A DNA stretch of 63,520 nucleotides, the filler included, from Octopus bimaculoides (lineage: Eukaryota), in the NCBI RefSeq assembly GCF_001194135.2. It is 8 parts of 8 records of this genome, joined end to end, with 100 filler letters (N's around TTAATTAATTAA, not from the genome) between each part and the next. Parts side by side here need not be neighbours in the genome. Positions count along the whole stretch, not along the records: positions 1 to 28,259 come from NC_068982.1; 7 more parts are not named here. One strand, written 5' to 3'. Shown here in pieces: positions 1 through 11,737 of this stretch. Position numbers and translations under genes: made by a program. Within the stretch, counting starts at the first letter, position 1. Each line of letters opens with the position of its first letter. Below the pieces are notes generated by a model. The model was not told the origin of the DNA and searched no databases. It was given only the letters and a program-made list of their open reading frames with translations.

Positions 1-10
1 GGGGGGGGGG

Positions 11-107
11 GTAGATAAATCAAGTACCAGTTACGTACTGGGGTCGATCTAATCGATTGGCCCCATCCCCCAAAATTTCAGGCCTTGTGCCTAGAGTAGA
101 AAAGATT
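11..107 (+). mobile_element. 3' part of tRNA-derived SINE family A
   Basis: GATAAATCAAGTACCAGTTACGTACTGGGGTCGATCTAATCGA...CCCCAAAATTTCAGGCCTTGTGCC matches the many other copies in this window (10.2, 35.2, 41.9 kb). Confidence 0.85.
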
Positions 108-299
108 TACCTCTTTATCTTTATATACATGTGTATGTATGTATGTATGTGTGCGTGTGCAGGTGCGTGTGTGCGTATAATAGAAAATATACTGACACTA
201 ATATTTTGTAGGTAGAAAATCTTGTTTACCTTGAAGTGGAACTAAATAAATGAAATATACTAAAATGGTTGTAAAATATGCTTTCCTTACGTAACATAC

Positions 300-670
300 A
301 CCATCTGAGACTTATCTGGTGTGTTCACTACAATAGTTATAGCAGATAATTAATTCGTTGACGAAGCGTACAGCTAGCACCATCCTCACTAGAAATATAC
401 CGAGATACGATGTGTGCCCTTCTGTTTAAATGTAATTGCATTAAATTTCTATATCTTTGTGCAGCTGAGGATTGCTCTGCATTTTATATTTGATGTAATG
501 TTCACATTGCTTAATTAAATGGAGTCGCATGAAACGATCGTACTGCATTAACTTTGGATATCCTTGTTGCTTATTTTTGACTTTAATCACCTTATTTTGA
601 AACTGTATGGATAATGCCATACTTTATTCTGGTGCCTAAACTTAAGTACCATATTCACCTGAATCACAAT
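300..670 (+). mobile_element. Penelope-type terminal-repeat fragment carrying a hammerhead ribozyme (family H1)
   Basis: Contains the HHR at 459-548. Its 3' motif ATTCTGGTGCC..TAAGTACCA recurs inverted at about 48140-48175 next to a related HHR. Boundaries are approximate. Confidence 0.55.
459..548 (+). ncRNA. Type I hammerhead ribozyme motif
   Basis: Stem I GTGCAG(459-464)/CTGCAT(543-548); core CTGAGGA(465-471); imperfect stem II (TGC/GCA) with a long loop; GAAA(531-534); palindromic stem III ACGATCGT; cleavage triplet GTA. Confidence 0.75.
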
Positions 671-705
671 TTTATATATATATATATATATATATACATA
701 CATAC

Positions 706-1555
706 ATATTAAATTAAACAATAGGGTAAAAAAATTGGATATTAATTAATATCAGTTTAATACCAGGTAACTAGCACATTAAAAGAATCAGGGAGATTCA
801 GAAAAATATTTGAGATCTCAAGGATAATTGTATATGTACATATAAAAATATATAAGAATATATATAAATGAGGCCACTAGATGGACCGCTAATGTGCTAG
901 AAGAAGATCACATGTCATGTGTCTACTAAGACCGAATAATTCTCAAAGGGAATTTAGCGAAGCAACAAACACGTAAAGCGGGCAAGACCAGTGAAAATTA
1001 CACAAAAAATACAATTATCTGCAAACATATGTTTCGAAATTAACATTTCCTTACCGAAAATATCCGTTTCTCATCAGTATAGATCGTTGGATAGATACAA
1101 TTTAGAGAATCGCATACTAAGTTGTACGCCACAAGGAAAGCACGTGTATACGGTTCTCATAAATTATACCTTCTACGGCAAAATTCAAAAGTCATCGTTT
1201 TTGCGCGCTAAATCCGGAAATATCTTCGCAGAAAAAAAGGTTCTACATCGGATATAGTAACTCTGAGAATTTGGTTATGGTTAATTAAATTAAACAATAG
1301 GGTAAAAAGTTGGATATTAATTAATATCAATTTAATACCAGGTAACTAGCACATTAGACACATGACATGTGATCTTCTTCTAGCACATTAGCGGTCCACC
1401 TAGTGGCCTCATTTATATATATTCTTATATATTTTTATATGTACACATACAATTATCCTTGAGATCTCAGATATTTTTCTGAATCTCCCTGGTTCTTTTA
1501 TTGTGCCAGTTACCTGGTATTAAATTGATATTAATTAATATCCAATTTTTTACCT
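706..1555 (-). mobile_element. Non-autonomous Penelope-like/retrozyme-like element with a 576-bp unit, direct terminal repeat and inverted 5' arm
   Basis: A ~70-bp block at 711-780 is repeated directly at 1287-1355 (offset 576). Segment ~725-925 is repeated inverted at ~1355-1554. Internal HHR on the minus strand; no credible ORF. Confidence 0.7.
1017..1084 (-). ncRNA. Type I hammerhead ribozyme motif (family H2)
   Basis: Minus strand: ATCTATA-CTGATGA-GAAA[27-nt loop]TTTC-GAAA-CATATG-TT-TGCAGAT. Stem I has 7 positions with one mismatch and one G-U; stem III is the palindrome ACATATGT; triplet GTT. Confidence 0.7.
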
Positions 1556-3049
1556 TGAGTTTTGTGAGAAAAATTTGGCTACAATTTCTAGTTTATCGTA
1601 TGCACACGTTGTCACTGCTTCGTTGGTGTTTTTTTCATTCTGGCAGTTTATATAAAGGAGGAGATAAGCAACATAAAATATCATACTTCTTTACTCTCCC
1701 TACCACTAATACTACAATCACTATTTATGACAGTAATGGGCAAACTGTGGCCAGCAGAACTTTCTGAATGGCACGCATAACAAAAAACTCCCTTGAGTTT
1801 TGTAGTTGTGCTGCCCGCCTAAGCGGTCTGCTTCTCGATAAAGGTTATCTGTTCCTGATTTATGATTAGCCAACAAAGGAGTCTCTATGTGATCGCTCTC
1901 TTTGTAAGAAATAGAAACCAAATTTGCTCAAACGATACATCCTACTTTGTTTGAAAAGTAAAGGTCACACTAGATAATGTATTTCTAGATAGTACATTAT
2001 CCAATGTGTTTTTATAGGTCTCGAGGAAGATCTGGATTTAAACAGCAAAACTATTTATCACACTTTAAGAGAAATAAGCTATATTGAAACAACTGCGAGA
2101 TAAAGAAAATAACTAATAAAGACTGAAATTTAGTTTTGGCGGATGAGCGACTGAAGTGTTAGGAACATGGATATGATGTGCTTGATGGTTATGAATATAT
2201 ATTAGATGAATAATCTATGGTAGCAATAGAAAAAATGAGTAGTAAATTTTCTTAAAGATGATCATCAAAGCTGAACTATTATCGTACCAATTACCGCATG
2301 CCTGGGCCAAGAACAAACATCACTAACACAATAGCTACAAGTTGTTAAACTCCACTGCTTCAAACATTCAGCCAAAAGCACGCACGGAATAGTTACTGGT
2401 CAAGCAAGTTGACCAAACGCTTTCATTGGTCTAATTTCTTTAGACTGGCTTTAATGATGTCGTTTAAAGTTACCCAAGATATATTTCCTTTGACATTTAC
2501 ACGATTCACCATTTATATTCTTCAAGAAAGAGGTAGTTTATGTAATAAAATGATTTTTACATTTAGAATTCCAATCATATTATACATATCTGACATAGTT
2601 CTTATATCGTATTTATGATATTGCATTACTTTTAATACAGCCATTAAACTCTCAGGCAGTGTCTCTCAAGATAAGCATATTTGTGCAATCATTTCCCCAC
2701 TGATATATATTAGTATCTTTTAAGAATTCATTTTATAGCAATTTTAGTCATACTTGATGCAAGGTGAAGTTGTAACCGCTTTTAAATGCTTAGAACATGT
2801 AGGAAGCTTGACCCAGGAATGCATAAATTGCAAAACGAAAATAACTACCTACGACCGGCGAACAAAATACATTAGACAAAATTCTTATTCTAACCTCCAT
2901 AGTTCCAGACTCAGTTCATAGTATATCTCTATCTCACTTCACTTTTCTTCTCTTCTCTCGACATATTTTTTCTTATTGCTCTATAGATACCTTCTTTTTC
3001 CTGCCACCACCAAGTTGTACTTTATATATGAACTCACAGGCACGCAAGC

Positions 3050-3050
3050 A

Positions 3051-3093
<43 letters not shown>

Positions 3094-3103
3094 NNNNNNN
3101 NNN

Positions 3104-3134
<31 letters not shown>

Positions 3135-3303
3135 TATGTATGTATGTGTATATGTATGTATGTATATATGTGTGTGTGTGTGTATGTGTGTATGTATGTA
3201 TATATATGTATGTATATGTGTGTATATGTATGTATATGTGTGTATATGTATGTATATGTGTGTATGTATGTATGAATATAAATAGACAGACAGACAGACA
3301 GAC

Positions 3304-3370
<67 letters not shown>

Positions 3371-3371
3371 C

Positions 3372-3420
<49 letters not shown>

Positions 3421-3536
3421 TGACTATATACGTTCCTGCAAACATACAATACGTAAGTTAATTTTATTTCGCAGAAAATGAAGTGGTCATTGTACGCTTG
3501 TAATATGTGTGGGTGTTTATATACAGTATGTGTATG

Positions 3537-3583
<47 letters not shown>

Positions 3584-3720
3584 GTGCATATATATATACA
3601 CATACACACACATATATATGTATATGTGTATATATGTATATGTATATATACACATTATAATACATATATGTATGTTTGAATAATATATACACATACACAC
3701 ACACACATATATAAATATAC
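3050..3720. repeat. Compound microsatellite (TA)n/(TATG)n/(GATA)n/(TG)n
   Basis: Direct inspection; source of several spurious ORFs. Confidence 0.95.
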
Positions 3721-4069
3721 ATTCATACATTAATGCAGAAATATATGTAAGTCTATACTTGTATATACGAGTCCCTATTTGTATATGGTTTCTTTTGCCG
3801 TATTAATTACGAAACAACCGCCATCTGGTTGTACATATTTATACATTTTTTCATGATATACAATTAGTATCCAGTCTGACATGAGACCAAATTAATTCAT
3901 TTGTCCCATAGTTTTCTTTCAGTGAAGTGTATAAAGGAAAGACGTTGATAACTATGTCTATTCAGAGACTAATAAACTAGCAATCAGTCGTTCAGTTGTC
4001 ACCACCAATTCCGTCTGCCAGTTTGTCTGTCCGTCTCTCTCTCTGTCTGTCTGTTTCTCCCTATCACTA

Positions 4070-4143
<74 letters not shown>

Positions 4144-4204
4144 ACACACACACACACACACAGACTTACCCTTCTAAAGCTGNNNNNNNNNNNNNNNNNN
4201 ACTA

Positions 4205-4278
<74 letters not shown>

Positions 4279-4542
4279 ACACACACACACACACACAGAC
4301 TTACCCTTCTAAAGCTGTTTTCTATGAGAATGATGACAGAGCAAAAAAAAATTGGTATCTATTATGAAGCTGACCATTAACACTACTTGGTCGCAATTAG
4401 TTCCTTATCATTAGTCTTTTTAAGATATCACAATGTGCCTACTTCCTCTATTATTACGTATAAATACTGTGTAACTGTAATCTATATGAGAGGTGTCATC
4501 CATGCCCCTCTTCATGTTCCTCTTTTTCTCTCTCTTTCTCTT

Positions 4543-4579
<37 letters not shown>

Positions 4580-4774
4580 ATCTCTCTCTCTCTCTCGCTC
4601 TCTCTCTCTCACTCACTTTTTGCAATAACACACAAATTCACTGAAACATAATTACACATGGATACATATTTATATACTATTCGCATGAAATTGTATCATA
4701 AGATATATATTCATACCTATATACATATATGTATATATATGTGTATGTGTGTGTATACATGAATGTGTACATAC

Positions 4775-4824
<50 letters not shown>

Positions 4825-4864
4825 GTGGGAGAATTCACGAAAAAACAACAGACGAAGACAGATG

Positions 4865-5030
4865 GCGTAAACAACAAATGGATGTATTAGTATAACGCTC
4901 GGGAATAGAGAAAGTCTTTAACGTTTCGAGCCTACGCTCTTCAACAGAAAGGAACACAGAAAGAAACAAGGAGAGAAACAAGGAGTGAAAAAAAATATAT
5001 GTGTAGTGGTCAGCGATCTATTATCGTCGT
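4865..5030 (-). mobile_element. HHR-bearing repeat fragment (family H3)
   Basis: Homologous (inverted) to 30790-30900; both contain GAGCGTAGGCTCGAAACGTTAAAG. Confidence 0.65.
4916..4951 (-). ncRNA. Minimal type I hammerhead-like motif with variant core
   Basis: Minus: CTTT-CTGTTGA-A-GAGC(GTAG)GCTC-GAAA-CG-TT-AAAG. Stem I CTTT/AAAG; palindrome AACGTT; A6 is replaced by U. Confidence 0.6.
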
Positions 5031-5926
5031 CTGATTAATAAGTGGCCGAACTGCAACAGTACGCAGAGCGAAGCCGCTTGGCACTGGTTGACCCAGAACT
5101 TTGCTGTGTATGTGCACTAAGTTTTAACGTTCTTTCTCACTTCCGCTGTTTACAGCAGCGCTTGGAAGGAAGGTGTGTAGCGTGTGGTCGTCGCATTGAA
5201 CATGACAGAGAAAGTTGAACAGAGAATTTGCATCAAATTTTGCTAAAAGCTTGGTGATACCTGTTCAGAGGTCTACCAAAATTTTTTTAAAAAGTTTTCA
5301 TCGTTCTCGACACAATCAAGGAGATCTTGTGCAACTGAAACCTGAGTGTCTTTTTGATTAGCTAAAACCAGTTTTGTAACAAACTTAGCAGACACGCGTC
5401 TTATACCCAAATCTTCAGTTATAATGGACTGAACTGAACCGTAACTAATCTGCGCAGATAACTCACGGATGCTGATAACTCTGATAAGTGACGGATGGTG
5501 ATTCGACGATTTCGCCTTACAGCTGCACGCACATCGGCTATGATTTTCTCGGTTCAGCTAGTTGCGGGTCTCCCAGAACCTTCGTCAATATCCACATTTT
5601 TTTCGGCCATCTTGGAAACGTCTGAACTACTCGTACACTTGTATGCGACTCATACACTCCTCTCCATACACTTTCTGCAACTTTGTGTAGGTCTCTGAAC
5701 AGGTATCGCCATGACAACTTCCTCTGTCGTGGTCAATGCGATGATCACACGCTATACACATTCCTTCCAAGCACTGCTATAAACAGCGGAAGTGAGCTAG
5801 AATGTTAAAACTTAGTGCGCATACACAGCGGAGTTCAAGGTCAATTTGTGTAAAGCGGTTTCACTCTGCCCGCTTTGGCTTCGTTACTATGGCAACAATC
5901 CGGATACTTATTGATCAAACCTCGTA
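5031..5926. mobile_element. Mariner-family foldback: two 5' halves joined tail-to-tail
   Basis: + strand encodes MTEKVEQRICIKFC*KLGDTCSEVY (mariner N-terminus). The minus strand from the TA-CGAGG..TGATCAATAAGT terminus (5926) runs through HTH-coding sequence (..RRITIR..L..IITEDLG.RRVSAKFV). About 200 bp of the arms are mutual inverted repeats. Confidence 0.85.
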
Positions 5927-5975
5927 CATAGGTATATAAGTATATACATGTATGTGTGTGTGTGTGTATGTATGC

Positions 5976-6032
<57 letters not shown>

Positions 6033-6067
6033 CATATATTCATATATGTATGTTATCATCATCATCA

Positions 6068-6125
<58 letters not shown>

Positions 6126-6141
6126 TATTATTATTATTATT

Positions 6142-9100
6142 CAGTAGTTTTATTTTTTTAGCGTGCTTTCACTTCACTACCGAGCGCAGCTCTGTGTGCC
6201 TTGTGTATATGCTGTGGTTTGCTGTGATGCTCTTATGGTTACTGTATTGAAAGTGTTTTGCGTAGGATGTTTGCAGTGCCCAGTAGTGCAATTTTCTGTA
6301 TGTTATATATATTTGTAAGTCCTAGTGTTTTTGTTATGTATTTGTCTGAATATTTTTTTATCATACCTAATGCGCCTACTATGTTAGGAATTGTTTCTGT
6401 TTTAGATTCCACATTCCAGTTACCTCTATTTCCAGGTCTTTATATTTTGAAAGTTTCTCCATTTCTTTTAGAGAAACGTTGTCATCTGCTGNNNNNNNNN
6501 NNNNNNNNNNNNNNNNNNNNNNNNNNNNNNNNNNNNNNNNNNNNNNNNNNNNNNNNNNNNNNNNNNNNNNNNNNNNNNNNNNNNNNNNNNNNNNNNNNNN
6601 NNNNNNNNNNNNNNNNNNNNNNNNNNTATGTGTTTTTGGTAATTTCTGGTGGGGAGGCTTTGGTCTTGTGCTGCAATTAAAAATCCTTCAGTCTCTGCTT
6701 TGAGTCCTGAGCTTCTCAACTATTGCTGGGATTTTTCTCTATTTCTTTTGCATTTAGTTTAGCCCAGTATTTGCTAGTTTTATCATGGTCCGTTGCTGTT
6801 CTAGTTTTAGTTTGGATTTCATTTGTTTTATAGCTTTTCTTCTTCTTCTTCTTCTTCTTCTTCTTCTTCTTCTTCTTCTTCTTCTTCTTCTTCTTCTTCT
6901 TCTTCTTCTTCTTCTTCTTCTTCTTCTTCTTCTTCTTCTTCTTCTTCTTCTTCTTCTTCTTCTTCTTCTTCTTCTTCTTCTTCTTCTTCTTCTTCTTCTT
7001 CTTCTTCTTCTTCTTCTTCTTCTTTGTTCGGTAGTATGACTTCTTTTTTATATTTGTCAGCTTCCTTAAAGACTGAAAACAGTTCTTTTGTTTTACTCGT
7101 GTTTTGTGGCTATTTCTATTAATTTTCCTTGCTTCTGAAACAGATATTTTTAGTCCTATGGTGGTTATTTTATAATAGTTTTCCAGCTGTATAAGGCCTC
7201 TACCACCTTCTATTGGTTGTATATATAGCCTTTCTATGTCAGATTTTGGGTGTTGCATCCTAGATCCTGTCATTATTTTTCTTGCTTTCCTGTCTATTTT
7301 GGTTAGTTCATTTAGTGTCCAGTTAACGATATTGTAGCTGTAGCTTATAACTGGGACGGCTAAAGTGTTAATACCTATTATCTGTGTCGTATCATATCTA
7401 GTTCATTGATTCCTAAATATTTGTATGTCTGATTTTGGTCTAATTCTCTTATTTCATTTGCTTTATCTAGTGTGATGTTGCTACTCTTAACTAGTTTTCC
7501 TCTTTTCAGGGTTGCTTTGGCACATTTTTCTAATCCAAATTTCATATCTTATTTCTTTGGTAAATCCATGTACTGTCTGTAGTAGTGTTTCCAGCTGTTT
7601 ATCATTTGTAGCGTATAGTTTTAGGTCATCCATATATAAAAGGTGGCTGATTGTTTTGCCCTAACATTTTTGTCCGCATCCAGTTCTAGCAGAAAACGAG
7701 TGGAGAGAGCGTGTCTCCCTGGAATATTCTTCTTCCAATGGGGATGGATTTGATTTTCACGCGTCTCTCTTTTGTTTGGAGCTGTAGCACTGTCTACCAT
7801 TTATTCATAGAGTGTCTTATGTATTTTATAATTATTAGTGCTACCTTGTTCATGGTTAGTGTTTCGAGGATCCACGTGTGGGGAATACGATCAAAAGCCT
7901 TTCGGTAGTCGATTCAGGCCATACTGAGGCCTTTCTTCTTTCTGCGGCTGTCTTCAGTTATGGCTTTATTGATCATTAGTTGATCTTTACAGCCGTATGA
8001 ACCCTTGCAGCATCCCTTCTACTCTTCTAGAAACAGATTGTTTTCTTCCAGATGCTTGCTCAATTTCTGCGATATTATTGCACTAAAGGCCTTGTAAATT
8101 GTAGGGAGACAGGTTATGGGTCTGTAGGTTTGTGGTTTTTCCGTTTACATGGATTTGGGAATTAGGATAGTTTTCCCTTTCGTGAGCCACTCAGGCATTG
8201 TCTCTGGCTCTGCTATTATGTCGTTAAAGTTTTCAGGCAGCTTCTTGTGTATTCCTGTCAGATATGTAAACCAGAAGTTGGGGATCTTGTCGTGCCCAGG
8301 TGCCTTCCAGTTAATTAGTTTTTGCAGTGCCTGGGTGATCTTTTCAGTTGTTATAGGGGTCCAGGGTTGTTCAGGTGCTAAGTTCGTTGTTTTAATAGTC
8401 CTTTTCTGAGGTTGTTCCTTCGCCGACCATATTTCTTCCCAAAATTCTTCCACTTCTTCTGTTGGTGTTGCATTGATATCTATTTTATTTTTGCCAAGTT
8501 CTTGGTAGAATTTTTTGGTGTTGAAGTTGAACTGTTTGTTTTGTTCAAACAGACGTTGGCGTTTCTCATACCGGCGGATCCTTTGTGCTTTGACAAGGAT
8601 ATCTTGCTTTAGCTTCTTTCTTTTTTTTTTTTTACCTGAGGTAAATCTTTTTCTGTAATGTATTTGCAAAGTATTTCTGTTTTCTTCTTGTTAATTAGTA
8701 GTGTTGATTGTCTTCTAATTTCGTTAAGAATTGACAGATCTTTTCTCTTTTTTTTTCTATTTTGTGGATATTATTTATCCACGGGGTTTGTTTGGGTGGT
8801 GGTACTCCTGTTTGGATGGGTTTGGGGGGGGGGGGTATCCAGCTTCTTTTGTAGCTGCAGTGGCTGCTGCATATATTATGTCATTTAGCCCAGTGATATT
8901 GCCATTTGTTTCTGTGGCTATCAGTTCCCTGACGGTCAGGTTTATGCTATTATTGATGTTGTTTTATTGTCTATTTTGATTTTTGGGAGATATAATCTGT
9001 GGTTTTCAATCCTTTGATTATTCTCATTTTTATAGTATCATAACCATTAGGTTTTCCTTCACTGTTTCCAGGTTTTAGATTTGTTTCGCCTTCCTTCTCA

Positions 9101-10073
9101 TTCATATGTTTGTCTGTGGTGTTCTGGATTGGTGCTTTTTGTACATTATTATACATCCCTACGGTCTGGGTTTGTTGTTTTTTGTTTACTTCGTTTTTTT
9201 CTTTTTGGGAAATGTTACATCTGTCTTCGTGTTTTACTATCTCAGTGTTTATATTATTTGTCATTGTTGTGTGGCTACTATCTACATTTTCCTGATGTAT
9301 TTTTCATTTTAAATGTTCTATTTCTATTTCTGATTTTTTTTTTTTTTTTTGCTTTGAGAATATATCTTCATATGTTAGCTAGTTTATTCGGGTTCATTGC
9401 TGTATCTAAGTATTTATTTAGGTTATTTTTCTTCCAGATTTTATATGTTGTGTTTTATATTTTATATGTTGCTGTGTTTTGGTTCTTTGGGTAGAGCACT
9501 GCTGAAAAATAAGCGTATAGGATTGAAATATATTCCTCACGTGTCTGTCCATTTATGCCTTTTTGGTTTGATTTGCGGGACATGAGGAACTACGTCCGGC
9601 CCTTTATTTTGACGGTTATCATTTTCGTAGGGTCCGTTCATTTCTGTTGTCAAACCGTTTTGCACGTGTAGTTTTTCGTACTTATTGTGTAGTAAGTTTA
9701 AAGTACGCACTTACCGATTGTTATTCTTGGGTTGAATAATACCGGTATTATTTACTTTATTTGTAATTTTTTTGTACATGGTGTTTGAGGGCCGGAGATG
9801 GTCTGGTGTTGATGGATGGTAATGTATCAAGCGTGATTACATGTGCTGTGCGAGCAGTGGAGATGATATCCAGTTAAAATATATCATTTCATTTGGAAAA
9901 TAAAAATAAATTTCAATGAGTATTACTTACTCGGATATAGTCCAACACTTTGTCAGCTATTTTTGGCTCCATGCAATGTCTTTATTTCCGATGTTTTAGG
10001 ATAAATTTCGGAGCAGTGTCTTATCGTTCTTTTATGCTAAACGTCCCCGGTGTATTTTTTCGTTAAACGTCCC
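6142..10073 (-). mobile_element. Near full-length R4/Dong-type non-LTR retrotransposon (RT + restriction-like endonuclease), inactivated
   Basis: Minus-strand peptides: KWT-type N-terminus (~9550), WKAPGHDKIPNFW, YRPITCL, GCKDQL.INK, IDYRKAFD, HPKSDIERLY..GGRGL, ETEGFLIAAQDQSL, EKLSKYKDLEIE..VGALG. Stops and frameshifts are present. Flanked on both sides by (TAA)n. Confidence 0.9.
6838..7022. repeat. (TTC)n/(GAA)n tract of about 60 units inside the Dong ORF
   Basis: Direct inspection; produces the poly-K/poly-S/poly-L ORFs. Confidence 0.95.
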
Positions 10074-10105
10074 ATTATTATTATTATAATTATAATAAAA
10101 AATTA

Positions 10106-10182
<77 letters not shown>

Positions 10183-10185
10183 TTA

Positions 10186-10338
10186 GGCGGTGAACTGGCA
10201 GAATCGTTAACACGCCGGGTGAGGTCGATTTTACCTTACATCATTTCGGGGTCGATAAATTAAGTACCACTTACGCACTGGGGTCGATGTAACTGACTCC
10301 TCTCCTCTCCTAAATTTCAGACCTTGTGCCTATAGTAG
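10186..10338 (+). mobile_element. SINE family A, internally deleted
   Basis: GGCGGTGAACTGGCAGAATCGTTAACACGCCGGG head joined to the GGGGTCGATAAATTAAGTACC body. Confidence 0.8.
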
Positions 10339-10358
10339 NNNNNNNNNNTAAAAAATTA

Positions 10359-10435
<77 letters not shown>

Positions 10436-10510
10436 GTCTTTGCACAGCTTCTAACGCTGGAGATGTACTACGGTGTCAGTAGTTCATTACCAGTGAACTA
10501 AGGTAACACC

Positions 10511-10570
<60 letters not shown>

Positions 10571-10619
10571 CATTATTATTATCATTATTATTATTATTAT
10601 TATTATTATCATTATCATT

Positions 10620-11170
10620 GAGTGAGAGAGCAGTGAATGCCATCAAAGTGGACACTGGGGTAAAATATACGAAGTCCATTATACCCATCATGACTACCCG
10701 TCTGATAAGGGTACACCAGGCACATGCATCACAACCATATGTGCGCGACATGGTGATCTCATATCAAGATAAACATGACCTTGCAGGTGAGGCCCAGTTA
10801 GAATTTTCTTCAGGTCGAGTAGCCCATCCCGCTAAAATGGTGCCTGAATAATGTTTGTTTAAGGATGTTGAGCAAAACACCCATGTTTCCAAGGGTGAAT
10901 TATTCAAACCCCAGAGAATTCCTCTCAATACATGGCTATGATGCTCCCCCACTACTTCTTTTCGTGATCAGAGATGCACATATCATCAGCCACCAAGGGA
11001 CATGCTCAACTGGTTATGGTCAAACCACTGACAAGCAAATCTGTGGTATTAAGCAGATAATTTGCTGTAGCCCATCTTTTATACCAAGACAAAACAATGT
11101 ACATGATAACACTTCCAATCAATTAAGATCAGAAGCCATGGGAGCCACTGCCTGGTACTGCATCCGGGCA
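10620..11170. mobile_element. Unclassified ~550-bp interspersed-repeat-like unit bounded by (TAA)n on both sides
   Basis: Higher-GC, non-coding block with sharp edges inside a TTA array; no protein motif recognised. Confidence 0.5.
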
Positions 11171-11215
11171 TTTATTATTATCATTATTATTATTATTAGA
11201 GGTTTTGCTAGAAAC

Positions 11216-11278
<63 letters not shown>

Positions 11279-11324
11279 CATTATTACCATCATCATCATC
11301 ATCATCATCATCATTATTATTTGT

Positions 11325-11554
11325 AAGTGATATTAAGAGTGAAGTGAAGAATTTTTAATTCGCATGCGGATATGAAATTTGGATTAGAAAAAAATGTGCC
11401 AAAGCAACCATGAAAAAGGAAAACTAGTTAAGAGTAGCAACATCACACTGGATAAAGCCAATGAAATAAGAGAATTAGACGAAAGCCAGCCATACAAATA
11501 TTTAAGGAAGCTGCACTCGGAAGTGAAGTGAAAGCACGCTAAAAAATAAAACTA

Positions 11555-11557
<3 letters not shown>
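11325..11557 (+). mobile_element. 5'-truncated, internally deleted copy of the same Dong family
   Basis: MKFGLEKCAKATMKKGKL.KSSNITLDKANEIRELDESQPYKYL (homologous to ~7420-7600) is fused directly to the 3' end GAAGTGAAAGCACGCTAAAAAATAAAACTACTG plus (AAT)n. Confidence 0.85.
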
Positions 11558-11613
<56 letters not shown>

Positions 11614-11655
11614 TGATGATGATGATGATGATGATAGCATACATATATGAATATA

Positions 11656-11692
<37 letters not shown>

Positions 11693-11702
11693 NNNNNNNN
11701 NN

Positions 11703-11737
<35 letters not shown>

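Noticed and set aside
3790-3845. GAAA-CAACC..GGTTG-TA resembling hammerhead stem III
   Set aside because: No CTGANGA core upstream, and GTTTC/GAAAC pair alternatively.
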